Part shown: one piece after another, positions 1 to 12,809 of the stretch
Layout of the letters: each line of letters begins with the position of its first letter
How positions within the stretch are numbered: position 1 is the stretch's first letter
From: Malacoraja senta
Lineage: Eukaryota
Direction of reading: 5' to 3'
NCBI GenBank assembly: GCA_038087875.1
Contig: JAXLNO010000627.1
Coordinates: 372,001 to 436,000 of the forward strand
DNA length: 64,000 nucleotides
The notes under the pieces: model-generated
Seen by the model: the letters and a program-made list of their open reading frames with translations, nothing else
The model's database searches: none
Told to the model about the DNA's origin: nothing
Position numbers and translations under genes: made by a program

Positions 1-36
1 CCCGAGAAACATTGTCTATATGTGCTTTTGTAGTTT

Positions 37-2488
37 AATAATAATAATAATAGATTTTATTTATATAGCGCTTTTCAGGACTCAAAGTCGCTTTACAATT
101 GAGAGTCAGGAATAAACAAAACAAAATAGAGCAGTAAGACAGAGGGGAGGGGAACATGGGACTAAGGGTATGCAGAGGTGAAGAGATGGGTCTTGAGGCG
201 GGACTGGAAGATGGTGAGGGACTCAGAATTTCGGACCGGTTGTGGGAGGGAATTCCAGAGCCTGGGAGCTGCCCTGGAGAAGGCTCTGCCTCCAAAAGTG
301 CAGAGGTTTGACTTCGGAGTGGAGAGACCAGCTGATGTGGATCTGAGGGACCGTGAGGGTTGGTAGGGGGAGAGGAGGTCAATGAGATAAGGGAGGTTGG
401 TTGTTGAGGGCTTTGTTGGTGAGGAACAGGATTTTGTAGGTGATCCGGTGGGAAATGGGAAGCCAGTGAAGTTCTTTGAGAACTTGGGTGATGTGGTGCC
501 AGGATTTGGTGTGGGTAATGAGTCGAGCGGCTGCATTCTGGACCGGTTGGAGACGGTTGATGCTGCTGGAATTGATTCCGAAAAGAAGAGAGTTACAGTA
601 GTCCAGTCGGGAGGAGATGAAGGCATGGATGAGTCTTTCAGCAGCGGGGGGTGTGAGAGACGATCTGATTTTTGCAATGTTGCGGAGGTGAAAAAATGAT
701 GTTTTGACAACATGGCGGATGTGAGGCTCAAGGGAGAGGGTTGAGTCAAGGATCACGCCACGGTTGCGTGCCTGAGGAGATGGGGAGACAGTGGTGCCGT
801 CGATAGTGAGAGTGGGGTTGTTAAATTTTAGTGAGTGTTGATTTGGAGCCAATGAGGAGAAATTCTGTTTTGCTACTGTTTAATTTAAGGAAGTTGAGTT
901 GCATCCAAGATTTGATGGCTGATAGGCAGGAGTTGATATGGGAGAGAGGGGGGTGATCGGGGGAAGTCCAGGTTGAAGTGACGGAGTATATGACCAAGGG
1001 GGAGGATGTAGATGATGAAGAGGAGGGGACCAAGAACGGAGCCTTGGGGAACGCCTTGAGTGACAGTGGCTGTGGCAGAGGTGTGGTTATGGAGAGAGAT
1101 GAAGTGGGATCGGTTGGAAAGGTAGGAACGGAGCCAGCTGAGTGCAGAACCTTTAATGCCAAGGTCCCTAAGTCTGGTGAGCAGGATGTTGTGGTTGACG
1201 GTATCGAAGGCTGCACTCAGGTCGAGGAGGATGAGGATATTGAGGGAGCCAGTGTCAGCAGAGGTAAGGAGGTCATTGAGGACTTTGAGGAGAGCAGTTT
1301 CTGTGCTATGGAGGGGGAGAAAGCCAGATTGGAGCGGTTCGAATAGGTTATACGCGAGGAGGTGGGAATGAAGTTGTGACGCGACGATGCGCTCCAAGGT
1401 TTTTTAAAGAAAGGGGAGGTTTGAGATGGGGTGGTAGTTAATGAGAGAGGAGGGATCAAGACCAGGATTCTTTAAGATTGGTGTGATAGCAGCAGTTTTG
1501 AAAGCAAAGGGGACAATTCCTTGGGACAATGAGGAGTTGAAAAGATTAGTGAGGTAGGGGCAGAGAGCAGGGAGGCAGGACTTCAGCAGCGGAGTGGGGA
1601 GAGGGTCAAGGGAGCAGATAGTGGGTTTGGAAGAGCTGATGAGTTTGGAGATTTCAGTAGTGGTGACCGGGTCAAACTGGGAGAGGAAGCAGTGAGGGGG
1701 AGGGGTATGGAGATCAGCGGAGGTGTTGAATGGAGGGGCCTTGGTAGGTGGTGGAGTAGATGCTGGGGAGTCGGGTACAGGGGATAGGGATTGATAGATG
1801 GTGCTAATTTTATCAGCAAAAAAGTGGTGGAATGAGTTGCAGAGATCCAGAGTGGAGGTAGGGAGAGTGATGGCTCGAGGCTTGAGGAGGTTGCAGACTG
1901 TGGAGAAGAGGGTTCTGTGGTTTAGGCAGGGGTCAGTGAATATGGAGGAGAGGTATGCAGATTTAGCAGCAATGAGGGCATCTTTGTAGGCAGTGAGGTG
2001 GAGCTTGTAAGCTTCATGGTGGACTGTGAGAGGTGATTTCTTTATGAGTCGTTCAAGTCGGCGACCAATCTGTTTCAGCTTACGAAGTGCAGGTGTGTAC
2101 CAGGGTGAAGATTTATTAAAAGTTACGGTTCTTGTTTTGAGGTGAGCCAGAGTGTTAAGGGAGGTAGACAAGGTGGAATTGAGATGGTTTGTGAGATCAT
2201 CAGGTGGGATGTGGGTTGAGTCCAGGGGGAGAGTGGTGGAGAGCAGGTCAGAGAGATGGTGAGGGTCGATGCATTTAAATTACGGAAGGTGATTTCTCGG
2301 AGGAAGCGGGGGCGAGGTGTCGGAGAAGGGATGGTGACCCGTATGAGCTCATGCTCAGAGAGGGGGAAGAGGCATGGGTGGAGGTCGAGTACCGGTTGAT
2401 TTGTGGAGCAGACCAGGTCAAGGATGTGAACTTTGTCATGAGTGGGAAAGGTGACGTGCTGAGTGAGAGATAAGTTGTCAAGTAAGAG
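37..2488 (-). mobile_element. L2-clade LINE, 5'-truncated and frameshifted (end of endonuclease, RT, C-terminus, 3' tail)
   Basis: Minus-strand ORFs give LTQHVTFPTH..ILDLV (endonuclease), LILLDLSAAFDTVNH and GVPQGSVLGPLLF (RT), and AFISSRLDYCNSLL..LHWLP..RLWNSLP..LKTHLF (L2 C-terminus). The 3' end reads tgtaaagcgactttgag..aaaagcgctatataaataaa followed by (tta)n at 37-100. Confidence 0.93.
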
Positions 2489-5400
2489 TTGTCTGGTCAG
2501 GGAGAGCGAGGAAGTCATTGAGAGGAGTTACATGGAGGTGGTCACTCCAATACCACAGGAGGCAGGCAAGTGGATCACGGTTGGGAGAGGCAAGGGGCAC
2601 AGGCAGGGACTAGAGAGTACCCCGGTGGCTGTACACCTTGACAATAAGTACTCCTGTTTGAGCACTGTTGGGGGGGACAGCCTACCTGGGGGTAGCGACA
2701 GCGGCGGGCCTCCGCTACAGAGACCGGTCCTGTTGCTCAGAAGGGTAATGAAAAGAAGAGGAGGGCAATACTAATAGGGGACTCTATAGTTAGGGGGTCA
2801 GACAGGCGATTCTGTGGACGCAGTCGGGAGACCCGGATGGTAGTTTGCCTCCCTGGTGCCAGTGTCTGTGATGTGTCTCAACGTGTCCAAGATATCCTGA
2901 AAGGGGAGGGAGAGGAGCCCGAGGTCGTGGTACATATAGGTACCAATGACATAGGTAAAAAAAGAGAAGAGGTCCTGAAAGGAGAAGTTAGGGAGTTAGG
3001 AGGGGAGTTAAACAGAAGCACAGCAAAGGTAACAATCTAGGGATTACTGCCTGTGCCACGCGACAGTGAGAGTAGGAATGGAGCGAGGTGGAGGATAAAT
3101 GCGTGGCTGAAGGACTGGTGCAGAGGGCAGGGATTCAAATTTCTGGATCATTGGGACCTCTTTTGTGGAAGGTGCGACCTGTACAAAAAGGATGGGTTGC
3201 ACTTGAACCTGAGGGGTACCGATATCCTGGCGGGGAGATCTGCAACGGCTACTGGGGAGACTTTAAACTACAATGGTTGGGGGGAGGGACTCAAATAGAG
3301 AAAGCTAATAGACAGTGTGTGAGGCAGGAGGCAGAGAAGGAAAGCACTCAGAACCAACATGTAGGGGGGAATGAAGAAAACAATAATAAACAGAGAATAA
3401 GAGGTGGTGGGGTTCTTATATGGGTGAGCAGAGAAACAGAGGGGTGTAAAATGCGGGCGGAAGCAATAGGTAGCAAGGTGAAAAGTAAAAGTGGCAGGCA
3501 GACAAATCCAGGGCAAAAATCAAAAAGGGCCACTTTTCAACATAATTGTATAAGGGGTAAGAGCGTTGTAAAAACAAGCCTGAATGCTTTGTGTCTCAAT
3601 GCAAGGAGCATTCGTAATAAGGTGGATGAGTTGAACGTGCAGATAGCTATTAATGATTATGATATAGTTGGGATCACGAGACATGGCTCCAGGGTGACCA
3701 AGGCTGGGAGCTGAACATCCAGGGATTTTCAATATTCAGGAGGGATAGAGAGAAAGGAAAAGGAGGTGGGGTAGCGTTGCTGGTTAGAGAGGAGATTAAC
3801 GCAGTGGAAAGGAAGGACATTAGCTTGGAGGATGTGGAATCGGTATGGGTAGAGCTGCGAAATACTAAGGGGCAGAAAACGCTGGTGGGTGTTGTGTACA
3901 GGTCACCTAGCAGTAGTAGTGAAGTTGGGGATGGCATCAAACAGGAAATTAGAAATGCATGCAACAAAGGCAAAACAGTTATAATGGGTGACGTCAATCT
4001 ACATATAGAATGGATGAATCAAATTGGCAGGGTTGCTGAGGAAGAGGATTTCTTGGAATGTATGAGGGATAGTTATCTAAACCAACATGTAGAGGAACCA
4101 ACGAGAGAGCAGGCTATTCTAGACTGGGTATTGAGTAGTGAGGAAGGGTTAGTTAGCAGTCTTGTTGTGCGTGCCCCCTTGGGCAAGAGTGACCATAGTA
4201 TGGTTGAGTTCTTCATTAGGATGGAGAGTGACATTGTTAATTCAGAAACAACGGTTCTGAACTTAAAGATAGGTAACTTTGAGGGTATAAGACGTGAATT
4301 GGCCAAGATTGACTGGCAATTAGTTCTAAAAGCGTTGACGGTGGATATGCAATGGAAGGCATTTAAAGACTGCATGGATGAACTACAAAAATTGTTCATC
4401 CCAGTTTGGCAAAAGAATAAATCAGGGAAGGTAGTGATCCGTGGATAACAAGGGATATCAGGGATAGTATCAAAGCAAAAGATGATGCGTACAAATTAGC
4501 CAGAAAAAGCAGCATACCAGAGGACTGGGAGAAATTCAGAGACCTGCAGAGGAGGACAAAGGGCTTAATTGGGAAACGGAAAATAGATTATGAAAGAAAA
4601 CTGGCAGGGAACATAAAAACTGACTGCAACATTTTTATAGATATGTGAAGAGAAAGACATTAGTTAAAACAAATGTAGGTCCCTTGCAGTCAGAAACAGG
4701 TGAATTGATCATGAGGAACAAGGATATGACGGACCAATTGAATAACTACTTTGGTTCCGTCTTCACTAAGGAAGACATAAATAATCTGCCGGAAATAGCA
4801 GGCGACCGCGGGTCAAAGGAGATTGAGGAAACTGAGTGAAATCCAGGTTAGTCGGGAAGTGGTGTTGGGTAAATTGAATGGATTAAAGGCCGATGAATCA
4901 CCAGGGACAGATAGGCTGCATCCCAGAGTACTTAAGGAAGTAGCTCAGAAATAGTGGATGCATTAGTGATAATTTTTCAAAACTCTTTAGATTCTGGAGT
5001 AGTTCCTGAGGATTGGAGGGTAGCAAACGTAACCCCACTTTTAAGAAGGGAGGGAGAGAGAAAACGGGAATTACAGACAGTTAGTCTAACATCGGTAGTG
5101 GGGGAAAACTGCTAGAGTCAGTTATTAAAGATGGGATAGCAGCACATTTGGAAAGTGGTGAAATCATTGGACAAAGTCAGCATGGATTTACGAAAGGTAA
5201 ATCATGTCTGACGAATCTTATAGAATTCTTCGAGGATGTAACTAGTAGAGTGGATAGGGGAGAACCAGTGGATGTGTTGTATCTGGACTTTCAGAAGGCT
5301 TTCGACAAGGTCCCACATAAGAGATTAGTATACAAACTTAAAGCACACGGTATTGGGGGTTCAGTATTGATGTGGATGGAGAACTGGCTGGCAAACAGGA

Positions 5401-6444
5401 AGCAGGCAGTGACTAGTGAGGTACCGCAAGGCTCAGTGCTGGGACCCCAGCTATTTACAATTTATATTAATGAACTGGATGAGGGAATTGAAGGCAACAT
5501 CTCCAAGTTTGCGGATGACACTAAGCTGGGGAGCAGTGTTAGCTGTGAGGAGGATGCTAGGAGACTGCAAGGTGACTTGGAGAGGCTGGGTGAGTGGGCA
5601 AATGTTTTGGCAGATGCAGTATAATGTGGATAAATGTGAGGTTATCCACTTTGGTGGCAAAAACAGGAAAGCAGACTATTATCTAAATGGTGGCCGATTA
5701 GGAAAAGGGGAGATGCAGCGAGACCTGGGTGTCATGGTACACCAGTCATTGAAAGTAGGCATGCAGGTGGAGCAGGCAGTGAAGAAAGCGAATGGTATGT
5801 TAGCTTTCATAGCAAAAAGATTTGAGTATAGGAGCAGGGAGGTTCTACTGCAGTTGTGCAGGGTATTGGTGAGACCACACTGGAGTATTGCGTACAGTTT
5901 TGGTCTCCAAATCTGAGGAAGGACATTATAGCCATAGAGGGAGTGCAGAGAAGGTTCACAGACTGATTCCTGGAATGTCCGGACTTTCATATGAAGAAAG
6001 ACTGGATAGACTTGGCTTATACTCGCTAGAAATTAGGAGATTGAGTGGGGATCTTATAGAAACGTACACAATTCTTATGGGGTTGGACAGGCTAGATGCA
6101 GGAAGATTGTTCCCGATGTTGGGGAAGTCCAGGACAAGGGGTCACAGCTTAAGGATAAGGGGGAAATCCTTTAAGACCGAGATGAGAAAAAACGTTTTCA
6201 CACAGAGAGTGGTGAATCTCTGGAACTCTCTGCCACAGAGGGTAGTTGAGGCCAGTTCATTGGCTATATTTAAGAGGGAGTTAGATGTGGCCCTTATGGC
6301 TAAAGGGATCAGGGGGTATGGAGAGAAGGCAGGTACGGGATACTGAGTTGGATGATCAGCCATGATCATATTGAAATGGCGGTGCAGGCTCGAAGGGCCG
6401 AATGGCCCTACTCCTGCACCTATTTTCTATGTATCTATGTATCT
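2489..6444 (+). mobile_element. CR1-clade LINE, near full length: ORF1 SGNH/GDSL esterase part, ORF2 endonuclease and RT with frameshifts
   Basis: ORF1 motifs IGDSIVRG, VCLPGA, VVVHIGTND, DGLHLN at about 2,770-3,230. ORF2 motifs LNARSIRNK, VGVVYRSP, MGDVN, LGKSDH, YLDFQKAFDKVPH, PQGSVLGP, FADDTKL, FTQRVVNLWNSLP. The 3' tail is (ctatgtat)n at 6,427-6,444. Confidence 0.95.
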
Positions 6445-6445
6445 A

Positions 6446-6513
6446 AGAGAGAAGTTGTCAAGTAAGAGAGAAGTTGTCAAGTAGAGAGAAGTTGTCAAGT
6501 AAGTTGTCAAGTT
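6446..6513 (-). repeat. Tandem 19-nt reiteration of the L2 5'-truncation sequence
   Basis: agagagaagttgtcaagta occurs about 3.5 times and matches gagagataagttgtcaagtaagag at 2,465-2,488. Confidence 0.8.
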
Positions 6514-8671
6514 GTTTAGCCATTGCTTTCCCAGGATCCGCATGGTAGACTGACCTGGAAGATTCGCACACACAGGATCCAGTTGGGAAGAATTAGATAC
6601 AAAGTTGTTCCAATCAGCTGGTGACAGGAAATGATTTAAAACAAAACATAGATCATAGAACAGTACAGCACAAAACAGGCCATTCGGTCCACAATGTATA
6701 TGTCGAACATGATGCCAAGGCCAACTCCTATCTGCCTGCGCATAACCCATATCCCTCCATTCTCTGCAAATCTATTGGCATGTTCAAAAGTCTCTGAAAC
6801 ACCACTATCCCACCTGGCCCCAAAACCATCACAAACCCCCACCCTGGCAGCGCGTTCCAGGCACTCAGCCTTTGTGTATAAAAACATGCCCCTAACATCT
6901 CCCTTAAGCTTTGCCCTTCTTAAAGCTCTTCCCTCTAGTATTTGATTTTTCTATCCTGGAAAAAAGGTTCCTGTTTTCTATTCTTCTGTCAGGTCGCCCT
7001 GCAACCTTCAGCGTTCCAGAAAAAAAGCAATCCAATTCTCTCCAACTGCTCCCTGTAGCCAATACCCCATAATCTAGACATCATTCTTGTAACCTTTGCA
7101 CCCTCTCTAAAACCTTCACATCCTTCCTGTAATGGGGCGACCAGAACTGCACGTAATACCCCAAATACTGTACAAAGTCCTATAGCGCTGCTCCACGATG
7201 CCCTGACTCTTATACTGAATGTGGTGACCAATGTCGGCAAATATGCCACGTGCCTCATTTACCACGGTATCTACATGTGTTGCTACTTTCAGGGAGTTCT
7301 GGACTTGGACCCCAAGGTACGTCCGTTAATCACTGCTGATAATGGTCATACCATTCATTGTATATCCCCCCCACCCCTACCATGTCCCGACTTCCCATGA
7401 CACCTCGCACAGCTCCAATGTTACACCATCTATCATTTCGCCGTCCATTGCTGTAGGCTGATCTCTATTGCGCTGTGTACGTCGGCCATGTTGGTGTCAT
7501 CTACAAACATATAAACCAACCAAAATGTGAAGGCTGGTAGGAACTTGGCCGGGTGAAGGTGCAGTGGGGGGTGGGTACGGTGATGGAGCTGTGGAGTATG
7601 GGGAAGATGAAGCAGATGACGTCTGTGCAGGAGGAAGCTGCGATAGGTACTGAGCAGGGTGTGGCTGCAGTGGAGACAGGACAGGGGGAAGTGTAACGGT
7701 GCGGTTGGTACTCGGCAGGGTCAACGTGCAGTGGCGATTGCGCAAGATGAAGCCAGGTGGGGACTGGGCAGAGTGATACGGTGCGGTTAGAGGTTGGCCA
7801 GGTTGTGTGTGCGGTGGACACAGCAGAGTGAATATGTAGGGAGGGCTGGGGTGGGTGAAGGTGCAGTTGGATTGTGTCGTGTGAAGGAATTTCAAGACTG
7901 GGCAGGATAAATGTGCGGTGGCTACTGGGCAGAGTGAATAGGCAATGGGAAATAGCAGGTAAATTGCGGGGTAAAGAAGCCTGTGAATATGGCTTTGCGA
8001 TTGCAGGACTGGAAGCTGTGGACCGATTTCAAATTGAACTATTACTGCCCCAGTTACAGGCTCTGGTCTTCACAAACTAGTTGGCGGTTGTGTTTATTGA
8101 CCCAACGTTGGATAGGTACATGGATAGGAAGGGTTTAGAAGGATCAGAGCCAAAAATGCGCAGTTGGAACAAGAGTAGATGGGGCAGGGCCAAGTTGGGC
8201 CGAAGAGCCTGTTTATACGCGGAATGACTCTACCTCTCTCTATACATTGTGCTCCAATAACGACATTTATCTTTCGGTAAGAAGGACATACGGTCTATCT
8301 AGTTTGCCATTCCCAAAGAGGAACACCGTCAGCCTCTCGGCGACCTTCTGATTTACTTTAACCCTGCAGGTTATTCTCCCACACTGATCCATACACTGCC
8401 ACCGGCACACTTGTCATCTGCATTGCGACGTCAATTAGAGCACCCAGCTAACATACAGAATGATCTCTCGATTGGATAAGGAACAGAGGCAGGGGAGCGG
8501 ATCCAACCCTGATCCCGTGAGCTGTGTGTGCCACGTATCTTTTCATTATCTAACTGCTGATGTGACTTGTTCTTGAAACTCAGTAGTAAATGTCGCTCGG
8601 AAATCCTTTCAGTTCAGGGTATTCTTTGTGAACTCCACACACTGTAACATCCTTCGTTCCTTCTTTCGCAG

Positions 8672-9592
8672 TTAACTTGGTGACGATTGTGATCCTGTCC
8701 AGGGGAATGTGCGGTCTCTCCATATGCATCACTCGCTACCTGCTGGGAATGGCAGCGGCCGACCTCATGACCCTCATCATTGCCGACATTATATGGTCCA
8801 TTGTTGGAATGTATTTCCCGCTGTCGATCTTCACCATCACCCCCGTGTGCTCCGTCAACTGGGCCCTGGGCTGCACAGCCACAACAATCTCTATCTGGTT
8901 CACCGTGGGTTTCACGTTTGATCGGTTTGTGGCCATTTGTTGTCAGAAGCTGAAAACAAAATATTGCACCGAGCGAACGTCGAGTGTTATTTTCGGAACG
9001 GTAATTGTTCTAAGCTGTTTAATAAACGTACCGTGGTATTTTACATTCGAATCAGTATATATTACCGATAATAAACACAGAGGGTGTGCCTGGACACAGT
9101 CATTCTTAACCTCACCTTCATGGACTTCGTTTGAGTTGTTGTACATTACTGTAACTATTTGTCTCCCGTTCGTTTTGTTTTTGTTGGTCAATTCACTGAC
9201 CGCCAGATACATTCTAGTCTCTGGTAGAGTCCGCAGATTGCTCGGGGCCGCAACAGTGGAGAGAATGGCAAGGATCCGGAGGAAATCCATCGTTTTACTC
9301 TTCAGCATATCTGGCAGTTTCATCGCGTTGTGTGAGTACAATGGTTGTATATATTGTGGCTGATCGCGTTTTAGGCGCTGAGTATTTCGCGGACAGTGAT
9401 CTTCAGGCAATTTCGTTAATGCTCCAGCTTCTGAGTACCTGCACCAACACGTGTATTTATGTCCTGACCCAGAGAATGTTCCGAGAGCAGCTGAAGAACG
9501 TGGTTACATACCCCGTGAATTTCATTGTGAAATTAATCATATCATTGAAACATAGTATTCCCAGTCTAGTTATAAATATAGCAGAACATTGA
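8672..9592 (+). pseudogene. GPR139-like class A GPCR, exon 2 (TM1 end to C-tail), frameshifted
   Basis: Acceptor ttctttcgcag|ttaac at 8,670-8,671. Motifs NLVTIVILSR, YLLGMAAADL, TVGFTFDRFVAICC, RKSIVLLFSISGSFI, and in a second frame LQLLSTCTNTCIYVLTQRMFREQL. There is a +1 frameshift near 9,333. Exon 1 is not in the window. Confidence 0.85.
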
Positions 9593-10947
9593 ACAGATGT
9601 ATACAACTTACACCGATGTTTTCAGAAGTTATCCGGGTGTGCGAACTATATAACTCAGTAGCTGCCGTATACAACCAAGCGTTCACATGAAATAAATCAG
9701 CGTCTGCAGTTCCTTTCTACACAATATCATCTCAATATTGTCCGAGTGCAGTAATACTAGATATTGTAAGTCACGGGATAACAGCGGCTGTCACACCACC
9801 TTGTGCGTGAATCACAAAGGAAACGGGTTGTTCATAGTGACCAGAAATAAACTATTCTAATCACTTCCAATAACTGTCTCCTTGTCTCCTTGTCGCTGGT
9901 GTCCGATGGGTGGGTGGAATGGTGGTGGGGACCGGGTCTCAAAGGGAATATAAAATGTTCGTGTCCCTGGAGCGTCTGAATATATGAGAATAATTAGAAT
10001 ATATATGGATTTTAATAATGAGCATTTGTAGGGACACGGGTGACACAACCTCATCACAGCTGAGGCACCCTTCCCTCTGGGGAGAAGCAGTGGTGATCGT
10101 CTCTCTCTCAGATGTGGGCAGCAATGCTTCCTCATTCCTCAACGATGTCGATGTTGAGATTGGTCTATGTGGAGAATCTGTGATTTGTGAAATGATCATT
10201 TTAAGTTTTCCCCCTTCGATACCGGCGAACAAACTGGCCCCGTGACTGGCGACAATGTCAGGAATGCATTGAGCCGACCCCCCCCCCCCACCAAATCGGA
10301 CAGCTTCTCTGAGAGAGGAACTGGAATAATCCTTCAGGTCGACAGTCCATCGTTTGTTACAAGGACAAGATCAGAATTCAGTCAAGTGGACACGGTGAAG
10401 TTATTCTTGTCAGAAAGGGGCAGGTGAATTCTGTTAAACGGAAGGACTGAATAGCCCATGCGTGTTATCGCCATATAATCGTAGTCACACAACATGGAAA
10501 CAGGCCATTCGGCCCAACTTCCCCATGCCGTACAAAATGCTCTACCTACACTAGTCCCCCCCACTGCTCACATTTGTCACATATCCCCCCCCCCCAAACC
10601 ATTCCTATCCGTGTTCCCGTCAAACTGTACTTTCAATGTTCTTATAGTGCCTGCCTCAAATATATCCTCTCGCAACTCGTTCCATAGAAACACCACCCTC
10701 TATATTGAAAGGTCGCCATCAGGTCCTCACTCACCTTTAACCTATATTCTCTGGTTGTTGTTTCAGCAATAAGAACATTGGTGGAGCAGCCTTTTTCATT
10801 ACGCCCCCAAAGCTGTGAATACCCGACCCAGAGCTATGAGAGACGCCCACTCGGTTCACATTTTTAAACGGCAACAAAAACTTTTTACTCAAGCGTTTAA
10901 CTGACTTTACTTCCCTTGTCCTTTTATACTCTCAATATTATATTTTA

Positions 10948-12777
10948 CTAGACCAAGGGGGAACCGTTGGGCCCCGGCCCCTCAACGCGCGGCGGCGGGG
11001 TGGGGCCTGCGGCGTCACACACACGCTAACCCCTCCTTGTTATTATTAATTCGCTCGGGCCATAGAGGGAGGGGGCAGAGAGGAGGGGGCATGGAGTGGG
11101 GGCAGAGAGGGATGTGGGGCACAGAGGGAGAGGGGTAGAGAGGGAAGTGGCAGAGAAAGAGGGGGCAGAGAGGGAGAGGGCAGATGAGAGCAGAGGGGTT
11201 GGGGCAGCGAGGGCGGAGGCAGAGAGGGAGGGTGCAGAGAGGAGTAGGCAGAGAGGAAGGGGGCAGAGAGGAGGGTGCAGAGAGGAGGGGAGCAGGGAGG
11301 GAGGTGGAGCAGGGAGAGCGGGGGGGGGCAGAGTGGGAGGGGGCAGAGTGGGAAGGGAGGCAGAGAGTGAGGGGGCAGAGAAGGAGGGGGGGCAGAGAGG
11401 GATGCGGGCCAGAGAGGGAGGGGGAAGAGAAGGAGGGGGCGAGAGGGATGCGGAGCAGAGAGGGAGGGAGGGCAGATGCATGGGGCAGAGTGGGCATAGA
11501 CAGAGAGAGGCCGAGAGAGAGGGTGTAGACAGAGAGGGTGGGGACAGAGAGAGAGGTGGAAGACAGAGAGAGACAGAGAGATAGAGTGGAGACAGAGAGA
11601 GAGGTTGAGATAGAGGAGAGACAGAGAGAGAGGGTGGAGACAGAGAGAGAGGGTGGAGACAGAGAGAGATGGTGGAGACAGAGACAGAGAGAGAGGGTGG
11701 AGACAGAGACAGAGAGAGACAGAGAGAGAAAGAGAGAGACAGAGGGAGACAGAGAGAGACAGAGAGAGACAGAGAGAGCGAGAGAGAGAGAGCAGAGACA
11801 GAGAGAGAGGGAGAGCAAAGACAGAGAGAGAAAGAGAGGGCAGAGACAGCGAGAGAGAGGGCAGAGACAGAGAGAGAGAGGTCAGGGATAGAGAGAGTAC
11901 AGAGACAGGAGAGCAGAGACACAGAGAAGGGGCAGAGACAGAGAGATAGCGATCAGAGACAGAGAGAGATTGCAGAGACAGAGAGAGAGGTCAGGGACAG
12001 AGAGAGTCCAGACAGAGAGAGAGGGTAGAGAGAGAGACAGAGAGGGCAGAGACAGATACAGAGAGGAACGAGACAGAGAGGGCAGAGACAGATAGAGAGG
12101 GCAGCAACAGAGAGGGCAGTGACAGAGAGTTGGCAGAGACAGAGAGAGGGCAGAGGGTTCTGCCCTCACTCCAGGTCCAGGCCCAATCCCAGTCCCAGCA
12201 CCAGCCCCAGCCCCAGCCCCAGCCCCAGCCCCAGTCCCAGCCCAGCCCCAGCCGCAGCCCCAGTCCCAGCCCTAGACGCCGGGCTCGGCCTGCGGCAGTA
12301 GCCTCCCGAGGACCTCGAGATCGGCCGATCCAGGGCCGACTTCATCTTTCGGGCTCGACCTTTCTTCCAGGCGGCGCCTTTTGAATATCCAGGGGGGAGG
12401 GGCGGGATAGCGGGGGTGACGCCACGCGAAGCGAATGGAAGATCCTGAGCAAGCATACCCATTGTGACGTCATAAGCGAAAGCTAGTCGTGACGATATTG
12501 ACGATTTTCAACTTTAATCTGTAAAAAGTCGAGAATTAAAGATTAAATGTTCAGTTAAGGTGATCCCGGCCTCGACGGGAAAAATGTCAACGGAAGATGT
12601 ATACATTTTATCGTTACTGCGTAGGATGTAAAGACACAAACACATACACATTTACAGAGACACGTCAAGATCAGAGTTTTAGTATAGACTATACCAAGTG
12701 GGACACTTTGGGTCCCGTCCCATCAACGTGCGGTTGTGGGGAGGCGGCTACGGCATTACACACACACTAACCAACCC

Positions 12778-12809
<32 letters not shown>

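Noticed and set aside
2770..3298. Host esterase/lipase gene
   Set aside because: The SGNH motifs sit directly upstream of CR1 ORF2 and are the known ORF1 esterase domain of CR1 elements.
8677..9592. Calling either receptor the true GPR139 ortholog
   Set aside because: The motifs fit the divergent expanded GPR139-like family. Orthology needs phylogeny and synteny, so no gene symbol is given.
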